Source of the DNA: the human T2T-CHM13v2.0 reference genome, Homo sapiens
Assembly (NCBI RefSeq): GCF_009914755.1
Contig: NC_060936.1
Strand: one strand, 5' to 3'
Length of the DNA stretch: 64,000 bases
A program made the position numbers and the translations under genes. Numbering within the stretch: position 1 is the stretch's first letter; every line of letters begins with the position of its first letter. Positions 36,910 to 49,545 of this stretch are shown piece by piece. The notes beneath the pieces were generated by a model. That model had not been told where the DNA came from and ran no database searches. It saw nothing but the letters and a program-made list of their open reading frames with translations.

Positions 36910-37355
36910 TGCTTTGACACCACCTTTATTATTTATATATCTCTTCCAAGAAGTGTGTCAACCCTCCACCTGCCTAGTTCTCATAGCTTGCATAGCTGCC
37001 ATGCTAATGTGCTTGCATCTCTTTGGAAGGGCCATGTCCTTGCACACTTCCATGGCTGTGCAATGCTTTCTTCCTGTCTAAAAATTTATTTCCCGAATTT
37101 ATTCATTTGACTAACTGCTACCTATCCTGCAATCCAATACAGGATTGATTCCATATAAAAAGCTTTCCTGGCCCTTCTTCATTCCCAACTTTTCTGGGTA
37201 GATATTTATGTGTTCTAATAGAATTCTAAACTTTTTTCTATCACAGCATGTATCAACATTTATTATATGTTTAATTTTTTATCTTGACCATTAGTCTGTG
37301 AATATCTTTAAGATAAAAGCATGTTTTCTTTGCCTTTGAACCTCTGGCATTTGGA
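36910..37355. mobile_element. L2 fragment
   Basis: Degenerate L2 3' motifs (GTCTGTGAATATCTTTAAGATAAAAGCATG...CCTCTGGCA). Confidence 0.5.
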
Positions 37356-37399
37356 GAAGGAAGGAAGGGAGGGAGGGAGAAAGGGAGGGAAGCAGAAAG

Positions 37400-37600
37400 A
37401 GTAGTAAGTCAATTAGACTTAAATTCTGTTTAAAATCTAGTTCTAGCTATACCTATGGGAGATTAGACTAAATTAATTAACCACTCTGAGTCTTGGTTTC
37501 CTCTTCTCAGAAGATAATAGCTGTTCTTCTTTTCTTATTTGTCATTATGAGGATTAAACAATATAATGAAGGTAAATCCATGTCAACAGTGAGGTTTCAC
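37400..37600 (+). mobile_element. MIR
   Basis: TTAACCACTCTGAGTCTTGGTTTCCTC...TTATGAGGATTAAA. Confidence 0.7.
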
Positions 37601-38075
37601 AGAAATCTATTGACAACTCAGTGTGTTCCAGGCACTAAGCTCAGCATAGAGAATACAAAGAAGAATAAAATACATCCCTGCCATTGAGGAACTTTGATCT
37701 GTTGTGAATGTCAAGAAAACAGGGGAATGAATTGTTTTCTTCTGCTGAAAGGGGAGAGAAAGTCAAAGAGAGATACGGACAGTGGCATTTGAGCAGGGCC
37801 ATGAAGACAAATGAAGCATTTGCTTGGTTTAAAATTGTGAAACAGTGAGATTAATACAAATTGAAGAAACAAAAAGTGCTATTGGAGTGCAGAGAGAGAA
37901 TGGATTAATTTCATCCAGAGAAGTCAGATAAAGAAATCATCACAGAAGAAATGACATTTAGGGTAGATCCAGGAGGACAGACAGTGTCTTTTGTTCCTTC
38001 AAAACACCAGTGGATAGAAGGAAATTTCTCAGACAATATGACTAGGCTAGTTTGGCTACAGCACATAGCGTAGTG
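37600..38075. mobile_element. L2 fragments
   Basis: TGTGTTCCAGGCACTAAGCT...CCCTGCCATTGAGGAACTT...GTGGCATTTGAGCAGGGCC. Confidence 0.55.
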
Positions 38076-38603
38076 TGAGGACAGCCGGCCAACTCCTCAA
38101 AGAGGGTTTTTCCAACACCTACCTGAAGATATGAACTTGGGTCAAAAGCAGCAGAAGCCAAGAAAGCAATAAAGGATGACTGATTGACAGCTGGGACAAA
38201 GTCACATAAAGACTGATGTCAGGAATGACCAAAGCCAGAGGAACAACACAGTTGCCAAAAGGAAATCTCAGAGCAAAGACCTGTAGCCAGAAACGGATAG
38301 TTACTATGGTGTCAGCGCAGGGGCAGGGCAAGTTTCCAAAGGCAAAAGTCCAATAGCCCAGCTGAGTTTGAAAGCTCTGGGTGAGTACCATCAAGGACAT
38401 CATTTAAAGCAAGGGCTGATTAGGTAGAATAGAGAAGGTAGAAGAGTCAAGTTGTTGTGACAGTATGGAATCAGTTGGTGTCATCATTGCTTTTAGCAAT
38501 GATGCTAAAAGCAATGAAATAAAATTTGGAGGGATTTAGAAATAAAATTTGGAGGGATAAAAACCTGTGATTTTAACTCTTGGTATATGAAATTGCTCTC
38601 TAT

Positions 38604-38914
38604 GGCTGGGCGCCGTGGCTCACGCCTGTAATCCCAGCACTTTGGGAGGCTGAGGCGGGCAGATCATGAGGTCAGGAGATCGAGACCATCCTGGCTAACG
38701 GTGAAACCCTGTCTCTACTAAAAAATACAAATAATTAGCTGGGCATGGTGGCAGGCGCCTGTAGTCCCAGCTACTTGGGAGGCTGAGGCAAGAGGGAGAA
38801 TGGCATGAACCCGGGAGGCAGAGCTTGCAGTGAGCTGAGATTGCACCACTGCACTCCGGCCTGGGCGACAAAGCGAGACTCCGTCTCAAAATTAAAAAAA
38901 AAAAAAAAAAGAAA
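38604..38914 (+). mobile_element. AluY
   Basis: Full dimer with AluY diagnostics (GAGACCATCCTGGCTAAC, GAGCTTGCAGTGAG); 15-bp TSD GAAATTGCTCTCTAT. Confidence 0.95.
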
Positions 38915-39595
38915 GAAATTGCTCTCTATTCTGGGGCAGAAACACTACCCACTCTGCTCACCTACATTTTTGTGGCAGTTATGTGCAATTATGCTAGTGG
39001 CAAGTGCTAAAGCTAGCAAGATTAGAGAGGGTCTCATGGTGAAGGGCATAGAATGCCAGAGCGAGAACTTTGTCCATCATTTGAAAGGTAAAGGGGAGCC
39101 ATGGAAAGATTTTGGGTAGGGAGGCCACATGATTGAAGCTGGAACTTTAAGAAAATCAGCAGAAAATGTTACAGAATGTCTAGTGATGTTTTCAGTAAGT
39201 AGAATTTAAGTTATAAAAAGTTTAAATAGAGACTACTTCATATGTTCATTTATGAAGAATAAGTAACCAATGTGGCAAAGATTCATTTATTAAACCTCTA
39301 TTATATGATTTGCAATAGGCTGGATGATACTGTGTGTATGAATTGCCTTTCAGCATCATTCTGCTCACCATCTTGTTCCAATATGTGTGTGAATAGTGAG
39401 TATCATCTGTCTGAAGAGGAATCAGAATTAGCACTTTTATAAGATTCCACAAGTGCCTTCTGAATGTAATGCAGCAGGTTCATAGGCAAACTGTGGTCAT
39501 TTCTGCTGCTTGTAGCTGTTATGATGACAGAATCAGAAATAAGCCTGTTGGAAAATTTTTATACTTGGATATGCTAGTTTATGAATTCCCTTTAG

Positions 39596-39748
39596 GTGCC
39601 AGAGATGAATTATTATGGCACCCTTGATTATGTCCAGTTCCATTTCCAGAGAGGAGCTTCCTGGTCCATTATTATCTGGTGGTCTTTTTTCCTTCCTTCT
39701 ATATATGTCTGTATTTTTCTTGTTATCCTACTTGACCCCATCTGTGAA
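39596..39748 (+). other. Candidate 153-nt exon with an open frame
   Basis: Acceptor TTCCCTTTAG| and donor GAA|GTAAGC; 51 open codons; unique sequence. Confidence 0.3.
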
Positions 39749-39967
39749 GTAAGCATTGGATATATGTCCTTTTGGAGCTAGAAGCAATCTCAGTCTACTT
39801 TCTGCTTGTAGAAAGATAATGGCCCAAGAAGCATTTTCTGTTCAAAAAATACCTTTTCTTAGCTCAGACCTGTAGTATCTACAGCTATAAGCTCTCCTAA
39901 AATGATGGTTTCTTATCTATTATATTCCAATTAGCTCATGTACTCACAGCCACATTTTTTCCAGACA

Positions 39968-40055
39968 TTCTCTCTCTCTCTTTCTCTCTCTCTCTCTATA
40001 TATATACACATATAGAAATATATACATAGAAATATATATTTCTAGATATACATAT
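39968..40055. repeat. (TC)n(TA)n compound microsatellite
   Basis: Directly visible. Confidence 0.9.
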
Positions 40056-40591
40056 TCAATAAATATTTAAGTACATATGTAACAAATGTAAGAAGTATGT
40101 AACTATATATGTTTTTATCTTGCTGCTTCTTCATGCTTCCTCTCTTGAGTGATTATGAGTACCTTGGAAATCAGAATTTGGTGAGATTTTAGTCTCTGTT
40201 CACTGAGTCATTAAATCAAATTTAAGAATTTATTGCATGCCACCTTAATCTGTTCAGAGGTTTTAACAATGGGTGAATCAAGTATATCCTTGTTTCAATT
40301 ATTACCACAAAGCCAAGTTTTTACCAGCTTTCAGCCTTATAGCATTTTAAAATTTTATGTTTTACTGTTTATACTTGAGAAAAGGTTCTCCTACATCTAT
40401 ATGAGACTCTAAAATTGTGTCCTATCTCTATTTCCTTTTACTCCTTTTTGCAGATCAAGCTGCTCTTTTCTAAGATCATGTCCTTCTTATACCTCGCCAT
40501 ATAAAGACGAAAGCAATCAACAATGGCACTAATTTCTGTTCTCCAATTTTTACAGCTAAAAGTTTATTAGATACTTAGTCTACCTTCTAGC

Positions 40592-40985
40592 TACTATATA
40601 CTGAATGTTATTCATATATTGAAATCCAGTCCCCAATGTTATGGTATTTGGAGAATTCATATATTGAAATTCAGTCCCCAATGTTATGGTATTTGGAGAC
40701 AGGGACTTTGGGAAGTAATTAGATTTAGATGAGGCTGTGAGAATGAAACCCTCATGATGGGCTTAAGACCCTTGTAAGGGGATGAAGAGCCTCTTTCTGC
40801 CATGTGACAATGCAGGGTAAAAATGGTCATCTGCAAACTGGGGAACAGGCCCTCAACAAGAACCCAACCATGCTCACACCATGATCTTGGACTTTCAGCC
40901 TCCAAAACTGTGAAAAATAAATATTTGTTATGTAAGCCACTTAGTCTGTGGTAGTTTATAATAGCAGCCTGAACAGGGTAAGACA
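40592..40985 (+). mobile_element. MLT1A MaLR solo LTR with internal 45-bp tandem duplication
   Basis: CTGAATGTT...CCCCAATGTTATGGTATTTGGAG...TTGGACTTTCAGCCTCCAAAACTGTGAAAAATAAA...TAAGACA. Confidence 0.88.
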
Positions 40986-41239
40986 TATATATTTTAATTG
41001 TGCATAGCATAATTTCTATCCTTTCACCCTGAAATATCAATTTCCTCACTGTCACCATCAGACTAGCCCCCTAGTCTGCTGCCACATATTATAGGTTATT
41101 TGTTACTTATCATCTCACTTCTAGGTACCAATTCCTGTATTAGTTGGGATGAAATAGATTATGCTTTAGTATACTAATCTCTCAATCTTAATATCTATAA
41201 GAACAAATGATTGTTTCAAAAAAGGAGTCAGAGAACTTA

Positions 41240-41440
41240 TAACTGCTGAGTACATAGTATGTTCTAGGTACACTCCCATAGTCTTTATATGTATTATCTC
41301 ATTTTAATCTTCACAAGGTGTTTCTGTGAATGTCTCTAGTTTCTGTATAAGGAAAATGAGGTTTAGAGGGATTAAGTCATTGTTCAAGAATACATAGATA
41401 GTGCACAGTGTTATCAAGATTCCAATCCAGGTTTGCCAGT
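41240..41440 (-). mobile_element. MIR
   Basis: TATTATCTCATTTTAATCTTCACAA...AAGGAAAATGAGGTTTAGAGGGATTAAGTCATTG. Confidence 0.7.
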
Positions 41441-43999
41441 ATTGAGGTAGTCTGGTTACATGTTACTGGCCACAGCTACTACATTTCAGAGATCCTCTGC
41501 AAATCTAAGATATGTTGATTAAATTTCTGCCTTCCTTATTCTTTTGCCTTTTAGTAAGTAAGGGCATGACTGGACCTCCATTTTGGATATCTCAAATTGA
41601 ATATTAAACTATTCTGTAACATTCTTCTTCTGAAAATTGAGAGATTTGTGAAAGCTACTGTTTATTTTTTCTTTTCTTTCTTCATCTTTTTTTGCCATGA
41701 AAGAGTGTGCTTATAAAATATAAGGAAAAGTATAGACTTGCTTTTAGCAACATGCAAAAAAAATCAATCTGAAAAGCAGTAGTGAAATAATAAAATAGCA
41801 TTATTATTTGAGAAGGGATAACAATTGCACAGTAAAATTTGTTTACCAGAAAATAAAAACATGTAAGTGATAAATAAAAGTCTAAAGAGACTGCAACTGG
41901 ATTGCACGGAGAAATGAAAAATGGAAAATCCCTTTTGTATCCAACAGTTTAACCATTTCAGCTCTGATTTAGCATTTCAATCAAGAACTTAAAAAACAGA
42001 GAGGAACTTAAATAGAACTTTTTTTTTTTTTTTTTTTTAATAAGGGAATTGAGCTGCCTGGATGTTACAGGAAACTAAATGACCCATTCAGATACAGTCT
42101 GTGTACTGAAGATTATGACTCAAAGTACTAATATCTGATGGTTCACTTGGGCTCATATCCAATTAGCTGTTGATCACATTCTATTCATCTCTCTATTGAT
42201 CATGTGATTGTACCACATTTCCTGCTGAAATTAGCCAAGATATTGCTTGAAAGGAAAATAAATTTTAAATGATGCTGAACTTTGGACTATGTTTTCAAGT
42301 CTAGACGTGGTTTCAGTTAGTGCAAAAGTAGGAAAGAATAAAAAAAGCTACACCATTAACTTGGTGAGAAATGGCCTTTGTTCATAAATATAAACAAAGC
42401 AGTGCTTTTCTATAATTTGCCTAATTTAATTTCAAGTTTAAATGAACCTTAAATATACTTCATTGAAAAAATATGGTGCCAGTACAAGCTGCTTGCCTTC
42501 TGAATGGTTGTATCATTTATTGTACAAACTGCGGTACTAACATATGTTATATTTAAGTAAAACTTAACACTTACGCAAATATTATAATTTTAAAAACACT
42601 TTCACATCCAAAAGCACATTTTTAAATCTAAAAAAGCCTTGTGAATAATCAATGTCCCCATTATACAGTCGCGAAATTAGAGATCAAGTAAGATTAAGCA
42701 ATCTACCCAAGCTCTTAAAACTAGCAGACCTGGAACCCTTGTGATGCAAAGTCTGGTATTTTCACGAAAACTACTGTTGCACTTGAATTGTTGGTTAACT
42801 TTAACTTTAACCTCATGTATACTGACTGTCAACATGCTTAGAAGCTTCTTGAGCAAACTCACTCTTGTACAATTTTCTTTTAAATGAGCAATCCTTCACA
42901 GAATGTCCTGCGCAGGACATTCTGATGGTCATCCAAAAAAATTCTCTTGTGGATAATTATGATGACTAACTACAAGAGTCTTGTTCCCAAAATAGGCTTA
43001 CAAAATATTAGTCAACTTTGAAATGTATTGCAATTGTGTTTAAAAATATAGTGAGTGGAGGCTCCTATAGAATTTCTTGATACTAAGATTCTGAAATATT
43101 TACTTCTTAAAAAAAGTCAATCTTAAAACTTCCAACTGTATGTTAAAACAAGCCAAGAAAACACTTAGTTTCAAGTAAAATAAAAAGCTCGATTTTTTTT
43201 TTTTAGCTATATCCCCTATTTTTGTAACTTTCTGAGAAAAGTAAATGGCTTACTGCATAGAAACAGAGAAGCTATTAAGGCACACACTTAAACATTCCAC
43301 TGAATAATTTAATATAAAAAATACTTTTTTGTGTCCTTAAACCACACAATTATGATGAGCTCAATAGTTAACATCTTTGACAATATACTTTTATCAGAGA
43401 TATTATATTTACCGTATAAGAGGAAACATCTCTCCAATAAAAAATATAATTTCAAATATTTTAGCATAATTTAAAAACTAATTTCTGTGCTCAGAAAGTC
43501 TCAAAACTCTTCAGCACCTAAAAAAACTTCACGGCCTTTGTAAAAACAGGCAAAATGCATTTTCTCTAAGAGAGAATTTATGTTCAAAGAATTACCAGGC
43601 AATGGAACTTAAAGATTCAGACCCCATTGTCATCATTCACAAATCTAGTATTTCTAGAAATAAAATTCACCAAAAGGCAATAATTCAACAATGTGCTTAT
43701 AAGTTTTCTTTTGGGAACTCTCAAAGGCAAACACAAACTCTGTTGGGCTACAGATAATGTCATTTTAAAGGAATGTACTTATTTCCTTTTTCACACTTTA
43801 TTTATACTGGAGATTCATGCAAGTGTTGCCATTATCATTGAAATGACTTTTATTAAGAACCTCTGTGCCTGAAACAAATGTGTATCAGATGGGAGAAGAG
43901 CAGCTTCCCAGAGTGACTCCCATGATGATGGTGGTGGTGGCAACAGGAGTTGTAGACCTTTTGGCGAAATAGTTGAATATAATACATTAAATATATTTC

Positions 44000-44170
44000 T
44001 GCATGGCATTATTTACTTAATCCTTACAAAAACCCTGAGAGGAAACTGGTGGCTAGTATTAATCCCATTATTACTAATATGAGAAAACTAAGGCCCAGAG
44101 AAGTTAATTACTTTACCTAAGTAGGCAGCAGAGTCTAGGATTGCCTTCTAATCCTGTAAGAATTCCACCG
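44000..44170 (-). mobile_element. MIR
   Basis: TTAATCCTTACAAAAACCCTGAGAGG...GAGAAAACTAAGGCCCAGAGAAGTTAA. Confidence 0.7.
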
Positions 44171-44606
44171 TATGAAATTATTTCTTATTCCAGGGTTAAG
44201 TTTGAGTAAATGGATTGATGAGAAATTTATGCTTATATGAACAGAAGAGGCCAGCAATGATGAATAATCCCTATTGCTGTTATTACACAGATCCCTTCTT
44301 TATTTATGCATTTAACACAGTTTTAATGAGAATCCACCATGCATGGGGCACTTTGCTTGGTACTAATAAATATATAATAATAAACATTTATTACTTATTT
44401 ATTTATCATTGTAAATGTTCATGGAGCTTACAGTGTAGTAGGAAAGCGAAACAGCAAAGAAATGCTGCCACAACTACTTAATTATCATTGTGTTATTTTT
44501 CTTGCTAACATGGAAGAACATGCAAAATATTTTTGTCATAAAGTTACTTAGTCATTATGAAGCGCTAGCCACAAGCACAATATAACGGATTTAAATTCAA
44601 AATTAA

Positions 44607-45013
<407 letters not shown>

Positions 45014-45423
45014 CTAAACCAGCACTACTGTGGGGTGTCTTTTCTTTCCAAGATTATTCTATCAGAAGTTTACGTGATATATATAGAGAGAGATGGATAG
45101 ATAGATATGAATATATATGTATTGTTTTTTCAAATTTTCCATTCTGTTGGAAACAGTTTTCCTAGACAAATAACAATTGGGGGGCCCAAGCGAACTCCAC
45201 TGTTGTCCTCAATGCACGTGGTCATAGTCTTATCCTCTCATGTATTCAGCATTAATGATGAAACCATGCCATGAGAAAGATTATTGAGCTGGGAGGCTGT
45301 GAACCTGATGTAAATTTCAAGCTTTTGTCACCTTACAAGCTACTGGATTAAGGGTAAACTATTGCCTTTCATTGGCTTGCTTTCCTCGTGTGCAAAATGT
45401 TATCTTTAAATACTCTAATGTCA

Positions 45424-45679
45424 AAAAAATGGAATGATTAAGCCCTACTATTTGAGAGCACAACAGGTTGATTATAGTCAATAATATCTTAATTGTACTT
45501 TTCAAAATAACTAAAAGGGTATAATTAGATTGTTTGTAATACAAATGATAAATGCTTGAGGGAATGGATACCCCATTCTCCATGATGTGATTATTACGCA
45601 TTGCATGCCTGTAGCAAAACATCTCATGTACGCCATAAATATATACGCCTACTATGTACCCACAAAAATTAAAAATGAA
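45424..45679 (+). mobile_element. L1MA1/2 3' end
   Basis: AAATGCTTGAGGGAATGGATACCCCATTCTCCATGATGTG...CTATGTACCCACAAAAATTAAAAA; TSD TAATGTCA. Confidence 0.85.
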
Positions 45680-46014
45680 TAATGTCACTTGTACTCTAAG
45701 AAACAAACTTACTGTGCTAATGAACTTCAGAATTTGTGTAGATATAAGAATCTGGCCATGTATTTTATGGGCAGATTATGGATTTCAATTGTTATTTTAA
45801 ATATGTTTTATGTAAATACTATTACCATTAGAGGGCAGAGATTTATTTTAAATTCAAGTCACTCTGTATACAACAGAAAGCTAAGCATTTTTAGATTACT
45901 TAGATATTTCAGGGTCAAAACCACCTGATATCTTTTGCTGTAGTCAATCAGTCACTATAGTTTAGGCAGCAGTTGGATATTCAAAAGCCTGTGATGAGAG
46001 TTTTTTGTACTGCC

Positions 46015-46413
46015 TGCTGTGGTCTGACTGTGTTCTCCAAAATTCATGTGTTGGGAACTTAATCCCCAATGCAACAGTGTTAGGAAGTAGATCCTTTTGA
46101 GAGATGACGTCATGAGGGTCTGCTCTCATGAATGGATTAATGGCCTTATAAAAGGGCTTGACAGAGAAAGTTTGTCCCGTCTTTGCCCTTTCATCTCTTC
46201 TACCATGTGAAGCCACGGCGTTCCTCCCATCCTAAAGACACAGCATCAAGGCACCATCTTAGAAGAAGAGAGCAGCCCGTATCAGACAGCTGAATCTGTG
46301 GTGCCTTGATTGGACTTTCCAACCTCCAGAACTGTAAGAAGTAAATTTCTGTTCTTTATAAATTATCCAGTCTCAGGTATTTTTGTTATAGCAGCACAAA
46401 ACAGACTAAGACA
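46015..46413 (+). mobile_element. MST-family (MSTC/D-like) MaLR solo LTR
   Basis: TGCTGTGGTCTGA...TTAATCCCCAATGCAACAGTGTT...ACAGACTAAGACA; TSD CTGCC/CAGCC. Confidence 0.85.
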
Positions 46414-47619
46414 CAGCCAGAGTTCTGAAAGGAAGGTAGTGAGTGAGCCTGAGAGGGAGACTATTTGCTGGCTATGTTTCTGAAGCTTTTCATAGAAATC
46501 CATAAAAACTAGCTTGCACAGACGTACTGTGACATTTCCGTGGAGAAATATGAGCAATTTGAGTGAAAGTCTGTGGGATAAGCTGGAGGAAGCATATTAG
46601 CATGCAATACTTAATGTGAGTTCTGCTTTCCCTTCGGTCACATAAATGAACAATTTGCAAGCAGATTATTACCTAGCCCAGTTAAGAATTTTCCATCCTT
46701 TTTTAAAAACAAAAACAAAAAACAAAAAACTCCTTTTAAAAATTGATGTCTAGCTGGGAACTTACAAGAGATTAGCACATATGGCATAGTGACGTAAGCA
46801 AGAAGTTTTAACATTGTTATTTAATTTAATAACCATATTTAATAACTTGTAGTTTTTGAAAGTTTATCCAGAGCTTAAATTTGGTCATATTTTATTTTTT
46901 CTTTTATATTTTCCTTTTTTCTTTCTTACTCTCTCTTTTTGAGTGTGTGAGAGAAAAAACAATAGGACATTTCCTTTATCTAAAACTTCATAGAAACTCT
47001 TGTAGAATTTGTCCTCACTAAAGACAACAAGTATGCCATCCTAAAAAATAAATACCAGCAAGCAAATTCAATAAGATAGGAAATTAAGGCTGAGAAACAA
47101 AAACTGACTGGAACTCTTTAAGTCCTCTCTGATTTATCATCTTAAATAGTTGGTACAGCACTCTCAAAATTTCTGGATCAAATGAGAGTTGTTAGTGACT
47201 TCACAATGTAAAATCAACCCAAATTATGGAACAAACTTTTTATAATCAAATTATATTTTACTCCAGCCTTAAATCAATATAACACTTGCTTTCTAAATCA
47301 AGTTTTGTGTATTCGGGCTGTATTGGATTTTTATAAAACTTTACAGCAACTCATTAAGTAAGCTAAATAGATCAAGAAGTTTTGTATGTGTTATAATGTT
47401 AACTTTTTTGTGTTTTGACTAGAAAACTAGGCATGTTTCTTTAAGATGACTAAATTTTCTATTATTACGTAGATATATGTATATATTATATATGCATTAT
47501 GTAGTTGCACTATTTGAAGGTCCAATAGGAATTTTTTTTCGCTGAATTTTTTTCCTCCTACACCCTGAACTCCTCCGGCATGTCTCCATTATATTTTCTT
47601 TGTGAATCACAGTACGATC

Positions 47620-48090
47620 TTGTCTAACTCTTAAGTGGACCCCTCGAGGAACTAGATCTCAGTCTGTCCAAACTGACCTCTCTATCTTTCCCATCAAGTT
47701 GGCTTCAAGAGCTCTTATTTGCTCTCTTATTATTGTTATCGGTGTAAAACCATATCAGAAGCCTCCAGTTATCCTTGATTACTCCCTACCCCTCAACCCC
47801 AGATTCAAACATCACTGAATCCTGTCAACTGAAACAGAGAAATGTCTTTGAAGTCTGAACTGCTTGCTCTCAATTTCCACTGCCACGGCTTTAATCCAGG
47901 CAACTCAGATAGAGGCGGCTTTGAGGAGCAGTGCCACAGTCTATTATTATAGCTATGTGTGAAGCTGACCCCTCTAAGCTTTCGTTTCCTCAAATATCAA
48001 GTGGAGGGTGAATTTACCTCAGAGTGTTGCTGTGAGATTAAATGGGATAAGGCATATAGCACATTTAGCAGATTCCTGCCATGTAGCAAG
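47620..48090. mobile_element. L2 fragment followed by MIR
   Basis: TGTCCAAAACTGACCTC...ATCCTTGATTACTCCCT (L2), then TGTTGCTGTGAGATTAAATGGGATAA (MIR). Confidence 0.55.
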
Positions 48091-48271
48091 TTGAAGGTGA
48101 AGGACAAAAAAGAAGGTAAAGTTGTATTCCGGATAGAGAGGATAAAGAGTAAAATGCCTCAGGAACTTGAAGCAGCACAGCCCATTCAGGGATAAGAAAC
48201 ACTTGTTAAATATTAATAATTCTTCATAGTCATTGCTATTAGAACTGAGGACTGAGGACTTAATTATATAA

Positions 48272-48602
<331 letters not shown>

Positions 48603-49545
48603 TGATTTTTTTAAATGCAAATAGAAGAGTCAATCCAGCAAAAGAACAACTAAATGCCACCATAGACACAGATACATACATACATTTGCACACCAATAGC
48701 ATCCCAAGGGAAAATATCCTCAGTAAGCGGTCACCTGATCTGGCATTTTCAACCCTTAATAGAAAATTATGGGAAATGATTACCACAGCTACTTTGGCAA
48801 CACTTTTAAGTTGTTTATTTACAATATTCAAAATTACAATTTTACAATATCCCTGTAACTCTCAACCTAAAATTGGAAATAATAATAAGCTTCAAACTGG
48901 GAATCGTTCTTGTTTTAGCCTTTCAACCAGATTTCACTCATTGGCAGTGATTCTTTCTTCTGACCCATTTCAAAAGCTGACTCTTTTATCTTGAATTGAT
49001 TCCAGGTAATTGTATCTGCATCTGACCCTAGGGAAGGAACAGTCGTTTGGAACCAGTGCTATAGGGCAATAATCAGGAACTGTCTGAGACGGGCAGTGTC
49101 CAGTAGCTACCACATGACAAGAGATATCAGAATTAGAAAGGTCCCTCTGATATTCCTTGCTCTTGCTAAGAGAGACATCAGGTGTCAGTGATTCCATCTC
49201 CTCGTCAGGTCAGTTTTCCTGTGATCAAGAATAAGAAAGAAAGAAAAAAGACCTTTTATTCACTTGCTAACTGAAGCTGTATCTGTTTTTAACTAGCATT
49301 AAAATGTTCCATTCTTTGTCTAACTTACATGAATTACTCTTAGGCTTTCCTTTCACTCTTTTAAATAACAGTTTTTTTCTAGCCATAGTGGATATGCCTG
49401 TTTTCAAAATATAACTGCAAAGAGCTATTGCTGCTTCAGTGATTGTGGATTACAAGCTATTTAGGTTGTCACAGCAAATCCATTAGGGTAGAAATCTATA
49501 AGGTCTATTAAATGTGTAAACCGTGTTTAATAGTCTTTCACTTTA

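Noticed and set aside
42312-42335. TTAGTGCAAAAGTA resembling a MADE1/Hsmar1 TIR
   Set aside because: Too short, and no partner inverted repeat at the expected distance.
45943-45954. 12-mer TGACTGATTGAC shared (inverted) with 38177-38188
   Set aside because: Some shared 12-mers are expected by chance in 64 kb, and the flanks are not similar.
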